From a virus, in the IMG/VR virus record IMGVR_UViG_3300022752_000054, positions 9,431-73,430 of that record: a stretch of DNA of 64,000 nucleotides; one strand, 5' to 3'. Made by a program: the position numbers and the translations under genes. Positions 19,022 through 29,408 of the stretch are shown piece by piece. The first letter of the stretch is position 1, and every line of letters starts with the position of its first letter. The notes beneath the pieces are model-generated. The model saw only the letters and a list, made by a program, of their open reading frames with translations, was not told where the DNA came from and ran no database searches.

Positions 19022-20149
19022 ATGGCTATAAATTTTAATGGTGTGAGAATAAAACCCGCATCTGGTGGTGCAGGTGGCGGAGTTTCTTGGCCTGGTGATG
19101 GAACTAAGTTGCTATCCGGTGACGGTTCACAGGTTATTGTTGGTGATGGTTTGACTTTGTCTGCCGGAACATTATCATCTAGTGGATCAGTTGGACCTCA
19201 AGGTCCTCAAGGTCCTCAAGGTCCTCAAGGTCCTCAAGGTCCTCAAGGTGCTACAGGTGCTACAGGTGCTACAGGTGCTACAGGTGCTACAGGTGCTACA
19301 GGTGCTACAGGTGCTACAGGTGCTACAGGTGCTACAGGGTCTTCGGGATCTACATATATAGCAACGGTAGGAGACTCAACAGTTTCTTTGCTTCTTCACA
19401 TGAATGGAGCAAACAACAGCACAACATTTACCGACAATTCTTATACACCAAAAGCTGCCACGGTTAGTGGCAATGCAAAGATTAGTACAACCGATAGCAA
19501 ATTTGGCGGGTCTAGCGGATATTTTGATGGAAATGGCGACTATTTCTATTATTCGTATAATAACGATTTCAACTTAAGTACAGGAGATTTTACGATAGAA
19601 GGTTGGGTAAACCCCAGCTCTCTTGCATCTCAAATGTGTCCAATTGCAAAACATCAAACTACCATTTCTCAAGATTGGCAATTTTATATTATAAACTCTA
19701 CGACAATTGGCTTTGCTGCATCTGGTCTTGTGACGAGAACGGTTCCAACGATAACAACGGGAACCTGGTATCACTTTGCCGTAGTAAAACTCTCAGGTAA
19801 CACATCCATCTATTGGAATGGTATTAGACAAGGAGCAACTTTTGCCAATGTACCAACTAATTCCGTAGCTGCAGTTGTAATTGGCGCTGACAGATTGAAT
19901 GCTATTCAATATCCATTTCACGGATATATCGATGAAATTAGAGTCAGCAAAGGTATCGCAAGATATTCTACTGATTTCACACCTTCTGCAACAGCTTTCG
20001 CAAATCCAGATGGCTCGGCTGAACTGCCTGCCGCCCCTGCAGTAGGAAATGTCGTTTACTCCGACACGGGAATCTACGTTTGCTCTAGTGCTTCTCCTGT
20101 TGTTTGGAAAAAATTTGACGGAGCACCAACACAAACTATAACAATCTAG
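19022..20149 (+). CDS. collagen-repeat + LamG tail/capsid fibre protein
   Basis: (GPQ)n(GAT)n; [36 protein letters not shown]. Confidence 0.85.
   Translation: MAINFNGVRIKPASGGAGGGVSWPGDGTKLLSGDGSQVIVGDGLTLSAGTLSSSGSVGPQGPQGPQGPQGPQGPQGATGATGATGATGATGATGATGATGATGATGSSGSTYIATVGDSTVSLLLHMNGANNSTTFTDNSYTPKAATVSGNAKISTTDSKFGGSSGYFDGNGDYFYYSYNNDFNLSTGDFTIEGWVNPSSLASQMCPIAKHQTTISQDWQFYIINSTTIGFAASGLVTRTVPTITTGTWYHFAVVKLSGNTSIYWNGIRQGATFANVPTNSVAAVVIGADRLNAIQYPFHGYIDEIRVSKGIARYSTDFTPSATAFANPDGSAELPAAPAVGNVVYSDTGIYVCSSASPVVWKKFDGAPTQTITI
19193..19336 (+). repeat. 9-bp tandem repeats (GGTCCTCAA)n(GGTGCTACA)n encoding collagen triplets
   Basis: Near-perfect 9-mers read directly from the sequence. Confidence 0.9.
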
Positions 20150-20165
20150 TCGTTAAACACAACAA

Positions 20166-20209
20166 AAACTATTCAGGACCTCGGCCTTTCAACCTTGGTC
20201 CTGAATTTT
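20166..20209 (+). terminator. intrinsic terminator, near-identical copy at about 21298-21343
   Basis: ATTCAGGACC...GGTCCTGAAT followed by a T-run. Confidence 0.8.
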
Positions 20210-20282
20210 ATTAATGACTAATTCATTAATTATGTCATATTTATTCTTAAGAGATGTCTACAGATGTCTCTGAGGAGTAATT

Positions 20283-21284
20283 ATGGCTATAAATTTTAAT
20301 GGTGTGAGAATAAAACCCGCATCTGGTGGTGCAGGGGGCGGTGTTTCCTGGCCCGGGGATGGAACAAAGCTTCTAGCTGGTGACGGTTCGCAGGTCGTTG
20401 TTGGCGATGGTCTGGATTTGTCTGCGGGTACGCTAACTGCAGGTGGTTGGCAGACAGTTTTAGATATAGACTTTACAACTCAAGCTGCGCAGACTTTCAG
20501 CACTGACGGCACGTACACGATCGCCGGAAAAACTTTTACTAAAGGAAATTCTTCAGCTGATTCAACCGCGGCCGCGTTGGTTCCTTCTGAAGGATTGAAG
20601 TTCATGCCTAATGCTGGTTCTGACTACAACGGATCTACACGTGGCATGCCATACCTGTGGACTCCGTTGAACGGAATACTGCCAGCAGATCTTGCGTACA
20701 GCTGGAGTAGCAGGATTAGATTGTATGTTTCGTTGGGATCTAATAATATCAGCGCAAATTTCGACAATTTCGTTCTTGGACTTGACACAAATTCAACGAC
20801 TTGGGGGATCATCATAAAATTGGGTTATGGCACTGGTGGTACAAATCCAACTACTGCTATGTTTTGGGACATAAATGGTACGGGTGGTAGCGTTGCTGGT
20901 AACGGAACTACATTCTTGAATGGTTCAAACTCTTACTCACTGGGTGCAGGTGGGATAAGAACTTTTTGTTTTGAATTTGGGTCGGTGAACAATTCGGGAC
21001 CTGCCTTTACAAATGTAATGGAGTATAGAAACGGAAGCATGAATCCTGGTGATGCATTTCCTTCCATAAAAACATTCTCTCCTGGTCTATCTTGCAGTCT
21101 TAGAAATTATGCACAATTGCAAGATTGGTCTAGCACAGCACAAGGGTTTAATTCACATGGAAGCCCTTACATGAGTGGTGGACCTTGGGAATCTTTAGGA
21201 ATTTTACTTGGCATGCAGAGAGCAGGAGGAACAGCCGGCTTGCATGGTAGATATCAAAGAGTCAGACTAGACGTGCTAGTATAA
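20283..21284 (+). CDS. fibre/receptor-binding protein sharing its N-terminal ~53 aa with 19022..20149
   Basis: Near-identical [31 protein letters not shown]... head with an unrelated C-terminus. Confidence 0.75.
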   Translation: MAINFNGVRIKPASGGAGGGVSWPGDGTKLLAGDGSQVVVGDGLDLSAGTLTAGGWQTVLDIDFTTQAAQTFSTDGTYTIAGKTFTKGNSSADSTAAALVPSEGLKFMPNAGSDYNGSTRGMPYLWTPLNGILPADLAYSWSSRIRLYVSLGSNNISANFDNFVLGLDTNSTTWGIIIKLGYGTGGTNPTTAMFWDINGTGGSVAGNGTTFLNGSNSYSLGAGGIRTFCFEFGSVNNSGPAFTNVMEYRNGSMNPGDAFPSIKTFSPGLSCSLRNYAQLQDWSSTAQGFNSHGSPYMSGGPWESLGILLGMQRAGGTAGLHGRYQRVRLDVLV

Positions 21285-21400
21285 TTAAAAATCATTTAAA
21301 ACTATTCAGGACCTCGGCCTTTCGACCTTGGTCCTGAATTTTTATTTATTTGCGTTTGTGCAACATCAAATAATTATTGAAAGAATATTCTTGATGTCTC

Positions 21401-23335
21401 TCAAGCGTCACGCCACAAATTATTTGAAGCATACACAAGAATCTCTTCTGCGCTTTCGGCGGTGTATCCATGATCCTTGATGAGTGTTGCCACCATCTCA
21501 TTGTACTTTTCCTTCTGCTCCTCGTCACGAGTTTTGCTCTTGGTCACGACTCTAGCAAGTGATTTGACCGATGAGATGAGGAATGATTCAATGGCCTCAC
21601 GGAGTGGTTCATAAGAACGGAATCCGACCTTTTCGCCTCGACGCATTTTGGCGAACATGTAGGCGGCAACGTCAGATCGGAATCCGTCGCGTGCGGAGCC
21701 GCTGATACCAATTTGCTCCTCAATTGAAGCCATGAATTGCTCGTCTGGCTTTCTCTCTTCTTTTGTGACGCGATCCTTGAGCTTAACGCGTGTGGTATAA
21801 GCCTCTGCATTGTCAAGGTAAGTGTCGAAGAGGGATTGAGCCTGTTCCTCGTAGGCGGAAATGAATGCCTTTGCGATCTCGTTCTCGAGGATCTTAAGGT
21901 ATTCTTCACGAACTGTCTTCTGGAGAATTTCAAGGCACTTTGTCTTGAATGTCTCATCGTTGATCTGCTCTTTCACCATCTTGGTTAATGACTCAATGAC
22001 AGAAACCGGCGTGATCATTCCTTTGTCGGATGCTGTGAGGGCATTATCCAACGCTTTGGTGATGAAGCGCGTGGAGATTCCATCCATACCCTCGTGTTTT
22101 GCTTCCTCACGAAGGTCTTTAATGTCGACCTTACGAACGCGACCTTTCTCTAAGACGTCCTCGCCGTTATAGATCTTCATTTTCGTCAACAAATCGCATT
22201 TAGCCGAGGGTTTCAGGCGGCTCATGACTGAGAACATTGAAGCAACCTTGAGGGTGTGCGGTGCGATATGCGCTTTGAAGTCCGACTTACCGAGCATCTT
22301 TTCGTAGATCTTCTGTTCCTGATCAACTTCAAGGCAGTAAGGAACTGCGATCTTGACGATGCGGTCCATGATAGCCTCATTGGTGTGCTCCGACTGGAAT
22401 CGGTTCCACTCAGCCTCGTTGCAGTGGGCGAGAATGACGCCGTCGAAGTGAAGCATGTCCGATTTACCAGGTGATGGAACCCTCTTCTCCTGTGTGGCGG
22501 TGATGATGGTGTGGAGGAACTCGATCTCATTCTTGAAGACCTCGACCAGCTCCACGATGCCACGGTTGCCCACGTTGAATGCACCTGTGAGTGAGAGTGC
22601 TCGTGGATCATCCTCTGCGTATTTGTCAAGCTTAGAGATATCCACCGAGCCGATGAGGACAGAAACGTCCTGACTGTTGGCATCCATTGGAGGAACAGCA
22701 GCTACGCCTCTCCGTCCCCTCTGAGAGAACGTGGTCTCCTCGACCTCAAAATCCTCATACTTACCGCCATAATCGTTGAGGAGCTTGTGACGTGCAACGG
22801 GAGAGATATCTCCATCAATCTTCACGTTGAGTGCCTTCTCAAATTCCGAACGAAGAGAACGTGGGACGAGTTGTAGGGGCTCACCACGATGAGGATCTCC
22901 CTTGAGGTGATAGTACTTCTTGCCTTCGAGCGCACGTTTAATGTGCTCTGTTAATGCTGATTTACCAGCTCCGACTGGTCCCATTAAGAGTAGAACCTGG
23001 CGAGATTCCTCACCCTTGTGTGCTGCTGAAGACAGGAACGACATGATCTTGTCAATGACCGTCTCCATTCCGAAGAACTCACCCTCAAAGTACTTGTGGA
23101 CTTTAACGGCGTCGCCGTCAAACACCTTGAACTTGCGTGAGTCTGAGTCAGGCATCACGTAGGAACCGTGCTCCTCGATGGCCTCATAGAGCCTGCGATG
23201 CGCCGATTTTACTATTGATGGTTCCTTTTCGACGAGGTCGACGTAATCCATAAGATTACCAGAGAACTTTTTTGTTTTGGATGACTCTTCTCGAGCCGTT
23301 TGAATTTGTTTGAGTAGTTGCTTCTTGACGCTCAT
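21401..23335 (-). CDS. prkA: PrkA/YeaG AAA+ serine protein kinase
   Basis: FFGME, LLLMGPVGAGKS, DIS.L..Y.EDDPRA, GNRG.VE.VE.FK, HIAPH, EGM.GISTRF. Confidence 0.92.
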   Translation of the reverse strand: MSVKKQLLKQIQTAREESSKTKKFSGNLMDYVDLVEKEPSIVKSAHRRLYEAIEEHGSYVMPDSDSRKFKVFDGDAVKVHKYFEGEFFGMETVIDKIMSFLSSAAHKGEESRQVLLLMGPVGAGKSALTEHIKRALEGKKYYHLKGDPHRGEPLQLVPRSLRSEFEKALNVKIDGDISPVARHKLLNDYGGKYEDFEVEETTFSQRGRRGVAAVPPMDANSQDVSVLIGSVDISKLDKYAEDDPRALSLTGAFNVGNRGIVELVEVFKNEIEFLHTIITATQEKRVPSPGKSDMLHFDGVILAHCNEAEWNRFQSEHTNEAIMDRIVKIAVPYCLEVDQEQKIYEKMLGKSDFKAHIAPHTLKVASMFSVMSRLKPSAKCDLLTKMKIYNGEDVLEKGRVRKVDIKDLREEAKHEGMDGISTRFITKALDNALTASDKGMITPVSVIESLTKMVKEQINDETFKTKCLEILQKTVREEYLKILENEIAKAFISAYEEQAQSLFDTYLDNAEAYTTRVKLKDRVTKEERKPDEQFMASIEEQIGISGSARDGFRSDVAAYMFAKMRRGEKVGFRSYEPLREAIESFLISSVKSLARVVTKSKTRDEEQKEKYNEMVATLIKDHGYTAESAEEILVYASNNLWRDA

Positions 23336-23368
23336 GTTGTTATGTATACCTCTCCCTGCTCCAGTGTA

Positions 23369-24679
23369 TCAAATCTCCCAAGTTTCATCTTCAATAATTG
23401 TGAAGAATTTCACGTCGCTACCCCACAGAGTCTTGACGTGTTCCACGACTTTATTGGCATGGCTTAATTCTAGATCTCGACCATCATGTTCATGTTTGAT
23501 GATCAATGTACCATCTCTCTTTACGTCATCCACAAAGACAGCTGGAATGGATCCACCTGCCACTTGGTTGACGAGATCTTTCTTCACCTCTTCCCACCCT
23601 AAGTCATCTGAAACTTCATCGACTGTAATTCCCTCGTGGCGCTTCGATGAATATGTGAAGAGATTGAGATCCACGCAGTCCTCTTCCGTGAGATATTGGC
23701 GGAGGAAAGAAGCGTCATGGCATGTCTCTCTTGCGATGAAGCACTCTTCGATGCCATGCCTCTCCTTAATCTTCTGGAATAGATGGAAGCCTAAGTGATA
23801 AGGATTGATCGCTCCCACGTGTGGTCTGACCACTTGGTTGTGCATTTTGATAAAAGGTAGATGCATACCATCAGGTAGGTCCAACTCATGACACATGGTG
23901 TAGTGCCAGTAGGAAGCCCATCCTTCGTTCATGACCTTCGTTTGTATCTGTGGCCAGAAGTACTGGCCTTCGTCACGGCAAACGTCAATGATGTCGCGTT
24001 TCCAATCAGGCATCTTACCGTGTTCCGAGATGAAACCTAATAGATCATAATCAGGTTCTAGCGGAATTCTATTGACATCGAAATTCTTATATTCATTTTT
24101 CTTGTCGTTGTTCATCAGTTCGACGTATTCGGCTCTGAGCTCTGCATGAGTCCTGCGGGTTTGTCCGTACTTCGTCGTCTGGAACTGTATTGCGTGACAG
24201 GAGTCTATCACCTCTTCCACGTTTTCCACACCGATGTTGGGATTCTCAATGTAAGATTGGATTCTCTTCTTCGCCGCTCTGAACCGAGGCACAACTGTCT
24301 CAGGTCGTGTGGCCTTGAACATCCTGTTGTTCTTAAAGAAATCGCTATGTCCGACGCAATGCGCCATGATGAGGATCTGCAGGTATAGTGGATTCTCACG
24401 CATGAGGTAAGCGATCGATGGATCACTGTTGATGATTAATTCATACGGCAAACCTTCCATACCTAGGTTATAACGGTGGAATGTTTGTTCGAACGTTTTA
24501 CCATAGGACCAATGATCGAAGTGTGTAGGAAGACCATGATAGGCCATGGCACCGATCATTGAATAATAATCGAGAGTTTCATAGGCAATCTCAAACCAAT
24601 CGAGATTGTGACCCTTGGCCAACTTGCAGATCTTATCATCCCATTCTGCCAATGTATCTAATGTGTAATCCATTTTCAT
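23369..24679 (-). CDS. spoVR: SpoVR/YcgB family protein
   Basis: HWSYGK, YELIINSDP..AYL, AH..GH.DFFKNN, YFWPQ.QTK.MNEGWASYWH, NPY.LG. Confidence 0.92.
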   Translation of the reverse strand: MKMDYTLDTLAEWDDKICKLAKGHNLDWFEIAYETLDYYSMIGAMAYHGLPTHFDHWSYGKTFEQTFHRYNLGMEGLPYELIINSDPSIAYLMRENPLYLQILIMAHCVGHSDFFKNNRMFKATRPETVVPRFRAAKKRIQSYIENPNIGVENVEEVIDSCHAIQFQTTKYGQTRRTHAELRAEYVELMNNDKKNEYKNFDVNRIPLEPDYDLLGFISEHGKMPDWKRDIIDVCRDEGQYFWPQIQTKVMNEGWASYWHYTMCHELDLPDGMHLPFIKMHNQVVRPHVGAINPYHLGFHLFQKIKERHGIEECFIARETCHDASFLRQYLTEEDCVDLNLFTYSSKRHEGITVDEVSDDLGWEEVKKDLVNQVAGGSIPAVFVDDVKRDGTLIIKHEHDGRDLELSHANKVVEHVKTLWGSDVKFFTIIEDETWEI

Positions 24680-25848
24680 CCTTTGGTCAAAGACACGCCT
24701 GTACCACCCATCAATGTTCTAAAAGCAGGCCATACGTCTGCCTTCTCTACCACCCTAACGGTCTTTAATTTTGGTCCGACGAGAGGTTGCATCGTTGTAT
24801 GGAGCTTGTCTTGATTGTAATACCTTTCAGGTTCAATCTCGCAGTAACCGTACAGCTGACAGATGTCTTTTAGTTCACGGGCGAGACCTATGAACTTCTC
24901 ATTGTCCGACGAGAAGTTATCACCGTCGGACGCCTGAAACGTGTAGATGTTCCATGATGACGGATGAAATCGTTTACTTATCTCTTGTAACGTCAACTCC
25001 AAAGCGCTGGATGCGATCGTTCCTCCGCTGGTGGCTTCGGTAAAGAATTCTTTCTCTTCGACCACCCTCGCCTCGGTGTCGTGTGTGATGAAAACGACCT
25101 CAACCGTTTCGTACTTGGATCTAATGAACTGGTAGAGCAAGAAGAAGAAGGATCTTGCTAGGAACTTCTTGTCTTGCGTCATTGACCCGCTGACGTCCAT
25201 CAAGAAAAATATGACTGCGTTGGTGCAAGGTTTCGGCGTGACCTTGAAGTGTCTGTACCTCAAATCGTCTTCGTGGAAAGAGAAGGTCTCTCCTTCTTCG
25301 GCCTTCTCAGGATCAAATCCTGCCGCCTTCATTCTCTTGATTCGAGCGATTGCAGACTTCTTCTTGTCTAGGCGTGGAAGAATACCATCGGTGCGATATC
25401 CATTCCTTTTCAGCTTGTCAGCTGATATGTTTGATAGTTGACGTCTCTGCAACTCGGGAAGTTGTAGTTCAGCGAAGAGATACTCTGCGAGTTCTTCTAA
25501 CGTGATCTCAACATCGTAATACTCTTCTCCTTTTTTGTCGCTGGCTTTTTGAGGTTTTCCTTGACCTTGTTGCTGTCCCTCACCTATCTTTTGGCCACGT
25601 TTAACGTCTTTACCTGGAGCTGATCCAACTTGCTTGTTGCCGTTATTGTCGCCATAGACGAACTTGTATTCCTTAATTCCCCTGACAGGAACCCTGAATT
25701 TTTTCTTACCGTCTTGGCCTATGATGCTTTCATCTGCAACGATGTGATGGATTCCATCTCGAATTGCCTTCTCAATTTTCTGTTTGTGACGACGTCGATC
25801 GGAGGCAGATCGATCAGCGATTGTCTTATGTTCCTTAAAGATCGACAT
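24676..25848 (-). CDS. yeaH: YeaH/YhbH (DUF444) vWA-like protein
   Basis: D..RH, MDVSGSM, FITHDTEA, SGGT..SSA, WNIY.FQ.SDGDN. Confidence 0.92.
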   Translation of the reverse strand: MSIFKEHKTIADRSASDRRRHKQKIEKAIRDGIHHIVADESIIGQDGKKKFRVPVRGIKEYKFVYGDNNGNKQVGSAPGKDVKRGQKIGEGQQQGQGKPQKASDKKGEEYYDVEITLEELAEYLFAELQLPELQRRQLSNISADKLKRNGYRTDGILPRLDKKKSAIARIKRMKAAGFDPEKAEEGETFSFHEDDLRYRHFKVTPKPCTNAVIFFLMDVSGSMTQDKKFLARSFFFLLYQFIRSKYETVEVVFITHDTEARVVEEKEFFTEATSGGTIASSALELTLQEISKRFHPSSWNIYTFQASDGDNFSSDNEKFIGLARELKDICQLYGYCEIEPERYYNQDKLHTTMQPLVGPKLKTVRVVEKADVWPAFRTLMGGTGVSLTKG

Positions 25849-25880
25849 AGTTTTTATTATACTTCATTAAGAGGTTATTT

Positions 25881-26552
25881 TTAACCCAAACGTTCTCTTT
25901 CAAATCTTTCGACACCAGCCTTCGAGATTCGTGCCAATAGCGAATTAACGTCTACGGTTTTATCCTTAAGACTTTCAACGAAGTTATCGTGATTCAATAA
26001 TAACTTTTGAAAGATGGAATTTTCATTTCCTTTCGGGAAATACGCATTATCAAGTACGGGGTCTCCTAACCACTGTCCTGTTTCTTTATCGCGACTCCAA
26101 TTTCTGACTTTACAGTCATCAGAGTCATCTTCAGGAGTGGCCTTTTTCTCATCATCTACGTAGAAATTGTCAAGAGCTGTTTTTTTACGAGAACCTTGTT
26201 TGCTCCACCCTTTTACAGCGTCATCGGTAAGCGAGTTTCTATCAGGTATGAGTGGTCCTCCGACTGCAGCGAACATTGCAGGATATAAAACGCCTCCGTA
26301 TCCACGACCACCTGCCATCTTAATTTCCCACGCCCCTGCGCAACGTTGCTTAGGCTTTTGAGCTGCGATGTATCCAACTACCGCTTGAGAAACGTCGTCT
26401 GCGTCTGGTTCGATTTTAGAAGGATAATACAACGTAATTGCCTTCATCCCCCAATCGCTTGCGTCTTCATAGAACCCTGCTAATTCTTCCGTAGGAGAAC
26501 TAACTTCCATTAACACTTGTCTGATGAATCTTCTAAGCTGTGTTTCTGACAT
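25881..26552 (-). CDS. leader-tagged putative internal virion protein, GNAT-like paralog 1
   Basis: LRRFIRQVLME leader; C.GAW..GRGYG..LY, DR.S.T..A...W, TP.D..DDC. Confidence 0.6.
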   Translation of the reverse strand: MSETQLRRFIRQVLMEVSSPTEELAGFYEDASDWGMKAITLYYPSKIEPDADDVSQAVVGYIAAQKPKQRCAGAWEIKMAGGRGYGGVLYPAMFAAVGGPLIPDRNSLTDDAVKGWSKQGSRKKTALDNFYVDDEKKATPEDDSDDCKVRNWSRDKETGQWLGDPVLDNAYFPKGNENSIFQKLLLNHDNFVESLKDKTVDVNSLLARISKAGVERFERERLG

Positions 26553-26627
26553 CCATGTGTAAATATACAAACTGTTGTGGTAATCTTTCAAAAGAAAGCA
26601 TAAAAGCTCGTAAGGAGGGTTGTTCTA

Positions 26628-27455
26628 GTGCCTGAAGGTCCTGAGCTTCGTCATTCAAGAGATCTTTTACGTGAGATTTTGCTCAACAAACGCGTCAGAA
26701 AGTTCGAAGTAGTTGGTGGTAGATATATTAAGAAACCAGTCGAAGGATTGTCCGGATTTTTGCGAGACAATGAAGCCAATTCCTATGTTATCGAATCCAT
26801 CGACACCAAAGGCAAATTCATGTGGTGGAAGATGGGTCCCTGGAGGTTATGGTGTACCTACGGCATGTCGGGCCAATGGACCACTACACCTCCAGATAGA
26901 AACACTGCCGTTATACTCTCATACGGTGACGATCCGAAGAGCATCGGATTTCACGACGTTCGTAGGTTCGGCACGTTAAAATTCGTCAAAGATGAAAGAG
27001 AACATAGGAAGAAGTTGGAGAGTCTTGGACCTGATGTTCTCGGAGACGATGTATTACCACCAGAAATATTCGCAAAAAGAATGCTGAGTAAACCTAACAG
27101 GACGATTTGTGAGGCCCTCATGGACCAATCTGTGGTGGCTGGGATAGGAAATTACCTTCGCGCGGAACTCCTGTTTTCTTGTGGTATCGACCCATGGCGT
27201 AACGTGACGGACATTTCATCTCAGGAGTATGTGAGGTTGTGTGAGGAATCAGTGAGGATCTCTCGTCAGTCCTACTCATCTCAGGGAGCCTCCATCAAGA
27301 CCTATAGAGACGTGAACGGATCGACAGGAACATCTCAATTTTCTTTCAAGGTGTACGCTAGGTCCAAATGTCCCAAGGGTCATGAAATTAACAATGAACG
27401 TGATGGCGGGGGAAGGATGGTTCACTGGTGTCCACAATGTCAACCGGCACGGTGA
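26628..27455 (+). CDS. mutM: Fpg/Nei DNA glycosylase
   Basis: N-terminal PEGPE, KGK, GMSG, D.RRFG, LGPD, DQ..VAGIGNY, C-terminal CPQCQ finger. Confidence 0.9.
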   Translation: MPEGPELRHSRDLLREILLNKRVRKFEVVGGRYIKKPVEGLSGFLRDNEANSYVIESIDTKGKFMWWKMGPWRLWCTYGMSGQWTTTPPDRNTAVILSYGDDPKSIGFHDVRRFGTLKFVKDEREHRKKLESLGPDVLGDDVLPPEIFAKRMLSKPNRTICEALMDQSVVAGIGNYLRAELLFSCGIDPWRNVTDISSQEYVRLCEESVRISRQSYSSQGASIKTYRDVNGSTGTSQFSFKVYARSKCPKGHEINNERDGGGRMVHWCPQCQPAR

Positions 27456-27487
27456 AAAGTCCCTATCTTTCATGTTATGTTAGATCC

Positions 27488-27826
27488 ATGCTAAGAGAAT
27501 GTGTGGAGTGTAGCTGCATGTTCGATACAAATTCGCCTGCGAAGATTCGTGCCGGTGGCCGAGTCAACACGTGCCCGGAGTGTTCGGTAGAATCTACGGT
27601 GAAATACCTGGGATTGGCCAACGGCGACGGCAAACAGGCTTCTGTCACCGTTCTTGCTTTTGACTCTACTGCTGATCGCGAAAAGTACTCATCATTTTAC
27701 AGGAACAACGCAGGATACCATAAGGGCAAGAGCTGTCAATTAGGATCTCATCTGTCCACTGATCCAGGTGTAAGATTCAAGACGATCACTCAATCTTCGG
27801 CAACTAATCACAAAGGAAGAATGTAA
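27488..27826 (+). CDS. Zn-ribbon hypothetical protein
   Basis: CxxC...CxxC; leaderless-type promoter upstream. Confidence 0.65.
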   Translation: MLRECVECSCMFDTNSPAKIRAGGRVNTCPECSVESTVKYLGLANGDGKQASVTVLAFDSTADREKYSSFYRNNAGYHKGKSCQLGSHLSTDPGVRFKTITQSSATNHKGRM

Positions 27827-28056
27827 TGACTTTAAAGGCAGCTGTGTCACTCGCTTTTTTGACAGCTTTGGCATTCGTTGGTTTCAAATCGTTCTCAAAT
27901 CCCGATTCAGCGATGATAGGTATGACCATCCTTTGTTATGGCTGGGTGGCTACGCAAATAATCGCTGAAGGATTTGTTGCGATTATTTGGCTTACTTTTA
28001 AACGAATTATCGAAAAAACGTTAGATCAAAATCCTGATGACCATGACGAAAGCTGA
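27826..28056 (+). CDS. small membrane protein
   Basis: Two hydrophobic segments. Confidence 0.6.
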   Translation: MTLKAAVSLAFLTALAFVGFKSFSNPDSAMIGMTILCYGWVATQIIAEGFVAIIWLTFKRIIEKTLDQNPDDHDES

Positions 28057-28418
28057 TAATTATTGATAAGAAAATGATGAGCGCAGCTGAGACCAGCGAG
28101 CCTGACGAAATTCTTCAAGATTTGCGGAAAATCAGCATGCCGTGTCATCTTCCTCAAAATAAACCCATTGTTGGTGATATAGTTCGCTGGATTTACGAAT
28201 GGGTTGAAGATCCTCTATACGGATCTCTCTACATTGTCGCTGGATTTCATGCTGAAGTTCAAGACATCGCCGTCGTTAGAGTCTTGAATAACCCCTTTGA
28301 AGTTCGAGAATTTCACGTGTCTCAATTAGAAATAGTCTCTAACAAATCTACGTCTTAAGCCCCAGAGTCGCCAGGAATATTCCGATTCCTACGAGAAGGA
28401 ACAAGATGCCTGCCAACA

Positions 28419-28835
28419 TCACTTTTCTTTCAGAATTTCTTTTATAAATTCTCTGACGATCGTTTCACCAATGTCCAACGTCTTTGGATAACCCTTTTCG
28501 CCTGGGCGTTTTGGACGTTTCCCAGCCTTTCGTCGTGCGTGGATGTTGGCCCATAACCCTCTTTTCTTCTTTTTACGACCTTCAAAAACGCCACTTGGCT
28601 GTTGAGTCTCATCATGAGATTCGTACTCTATATATGCGAAAGCATCGTTCAAATCGTTGTATGCTCGAGTGATCTTGTATTGTATCCAGCCTGGGATTTC
28701 ATCATTTTCTCCCATCACTTCTAACATCATATCAGCCATTTCTGATATTCTGTGGAGTTGTGCGACGGCCATGTAACCTTCATGGTCTTCTTCTCCACCA
28801 TTCCAGTCTTTACCAAAAGATTCATCGTTCATCAT
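28419..28835 (-). CDS. hypothetical virion-associated protein
   Basis: MA..QL..I....W.Q.KIT and GLWANIHA..K.G.RP motifs; C-terminal IVREFIKE. Confidence 0.6.
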   Translation of the reverse strand: MMNDESFGKDWNGGEEDHEGYMAVAQLHRISEMADMMLEVMGENDEIPGWIQYKITRAYNDLNDAFAYIEYESHDETQQPSGVFEGRKKKKRGLWANIHARRKAGKRPKRPGEKGYPKTLDIGETIVREFIKEILKEK

Positions 28836-28895
28836 GACAATATGTATTCAAAATTCTTAAAGATGACGAGATAAATCCATATATAGAATTTGCGT

Positions 28896-29075
28896 ATGAA
28901 ATTACGATTACTCGAACTTCGCAAAATAATCAGAAAAATAATTGAGGAAGAAGCGTGGATGCCTGGTCGTTGGATGGGTTCCGCGAACGATCCTTTGGAC
29001 GCAGAGGAACTAGAGATGTTGGGATCGCAAGGTTTCATCGAGGAAGATCTCGAAGATGAAAACGATCAAGATTAG
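28896..29075 (+). CDS. leader-tagged small protein
   Basis: MKLRLLELRKIIRKIIEE. Confidence 0.6.
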   Translation: MKLRLLELRKIIRKIIEEEAWMPGRWMGSANDPLDAEELEMLGSQGFIEEDLEDENDQD

Positions 29076-29361
29076 CCTAAGAGAGTTGCGGAGGATCATC
29101 AGAAAATTACTTCAGGAGGGTCCATCAGGCCCTGGAGTGACAGCTGACCCTACCGAAAAATCTGGATTTTATCCCTATGAAATCGACAGAGGCGTTGACG
29201 TGCAGGGCTATTGGTATAGATCCCCAGGTCGTTCTCCAGGCTCTGACGGAGATCCCGGTCGTCCCGCTGACGCTGCTGAGTACATCGGATTTAAGACCAA
29301 GGGAGCAACTCCTGAAGATGCTGCGGAGGCCGCCGCGCCAAAAGAAGTTACCGCAACGTAG
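29056..29361 (+). CDS. leader-tagged small protein
   Basis: ISLRELRRIIRKLLQE. Confidence 0.65.
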   Translation: MKTIKISLRELRRIIRKLLQEGPSGPGVTADPTEKSGFYPYEIDRGVDVQGYWYRSPGRSPGSDGDPGRPADAAEYIGFKTKGATPEDAAEAAAPKEVTAT

Positions 29362-29408
29362 TTTATCGTGATACGATATAGTTATCGTAAGAATACCAAG
29401 GATTTCAA

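Noticed and set aside
19193-19336. Possible CRISPR array
   Set aside because: These are contiguous 9-bp coding repeats with no spacers. I saw no CRISPR array or cas gene in the window.
19022-21284. Diversity-generating retroelement acting on the fibre genes
   Set aside because: There is no reverse transcriptase and no TR/VR pair with adenine-specific differences; the shared sequence is N-terminal.
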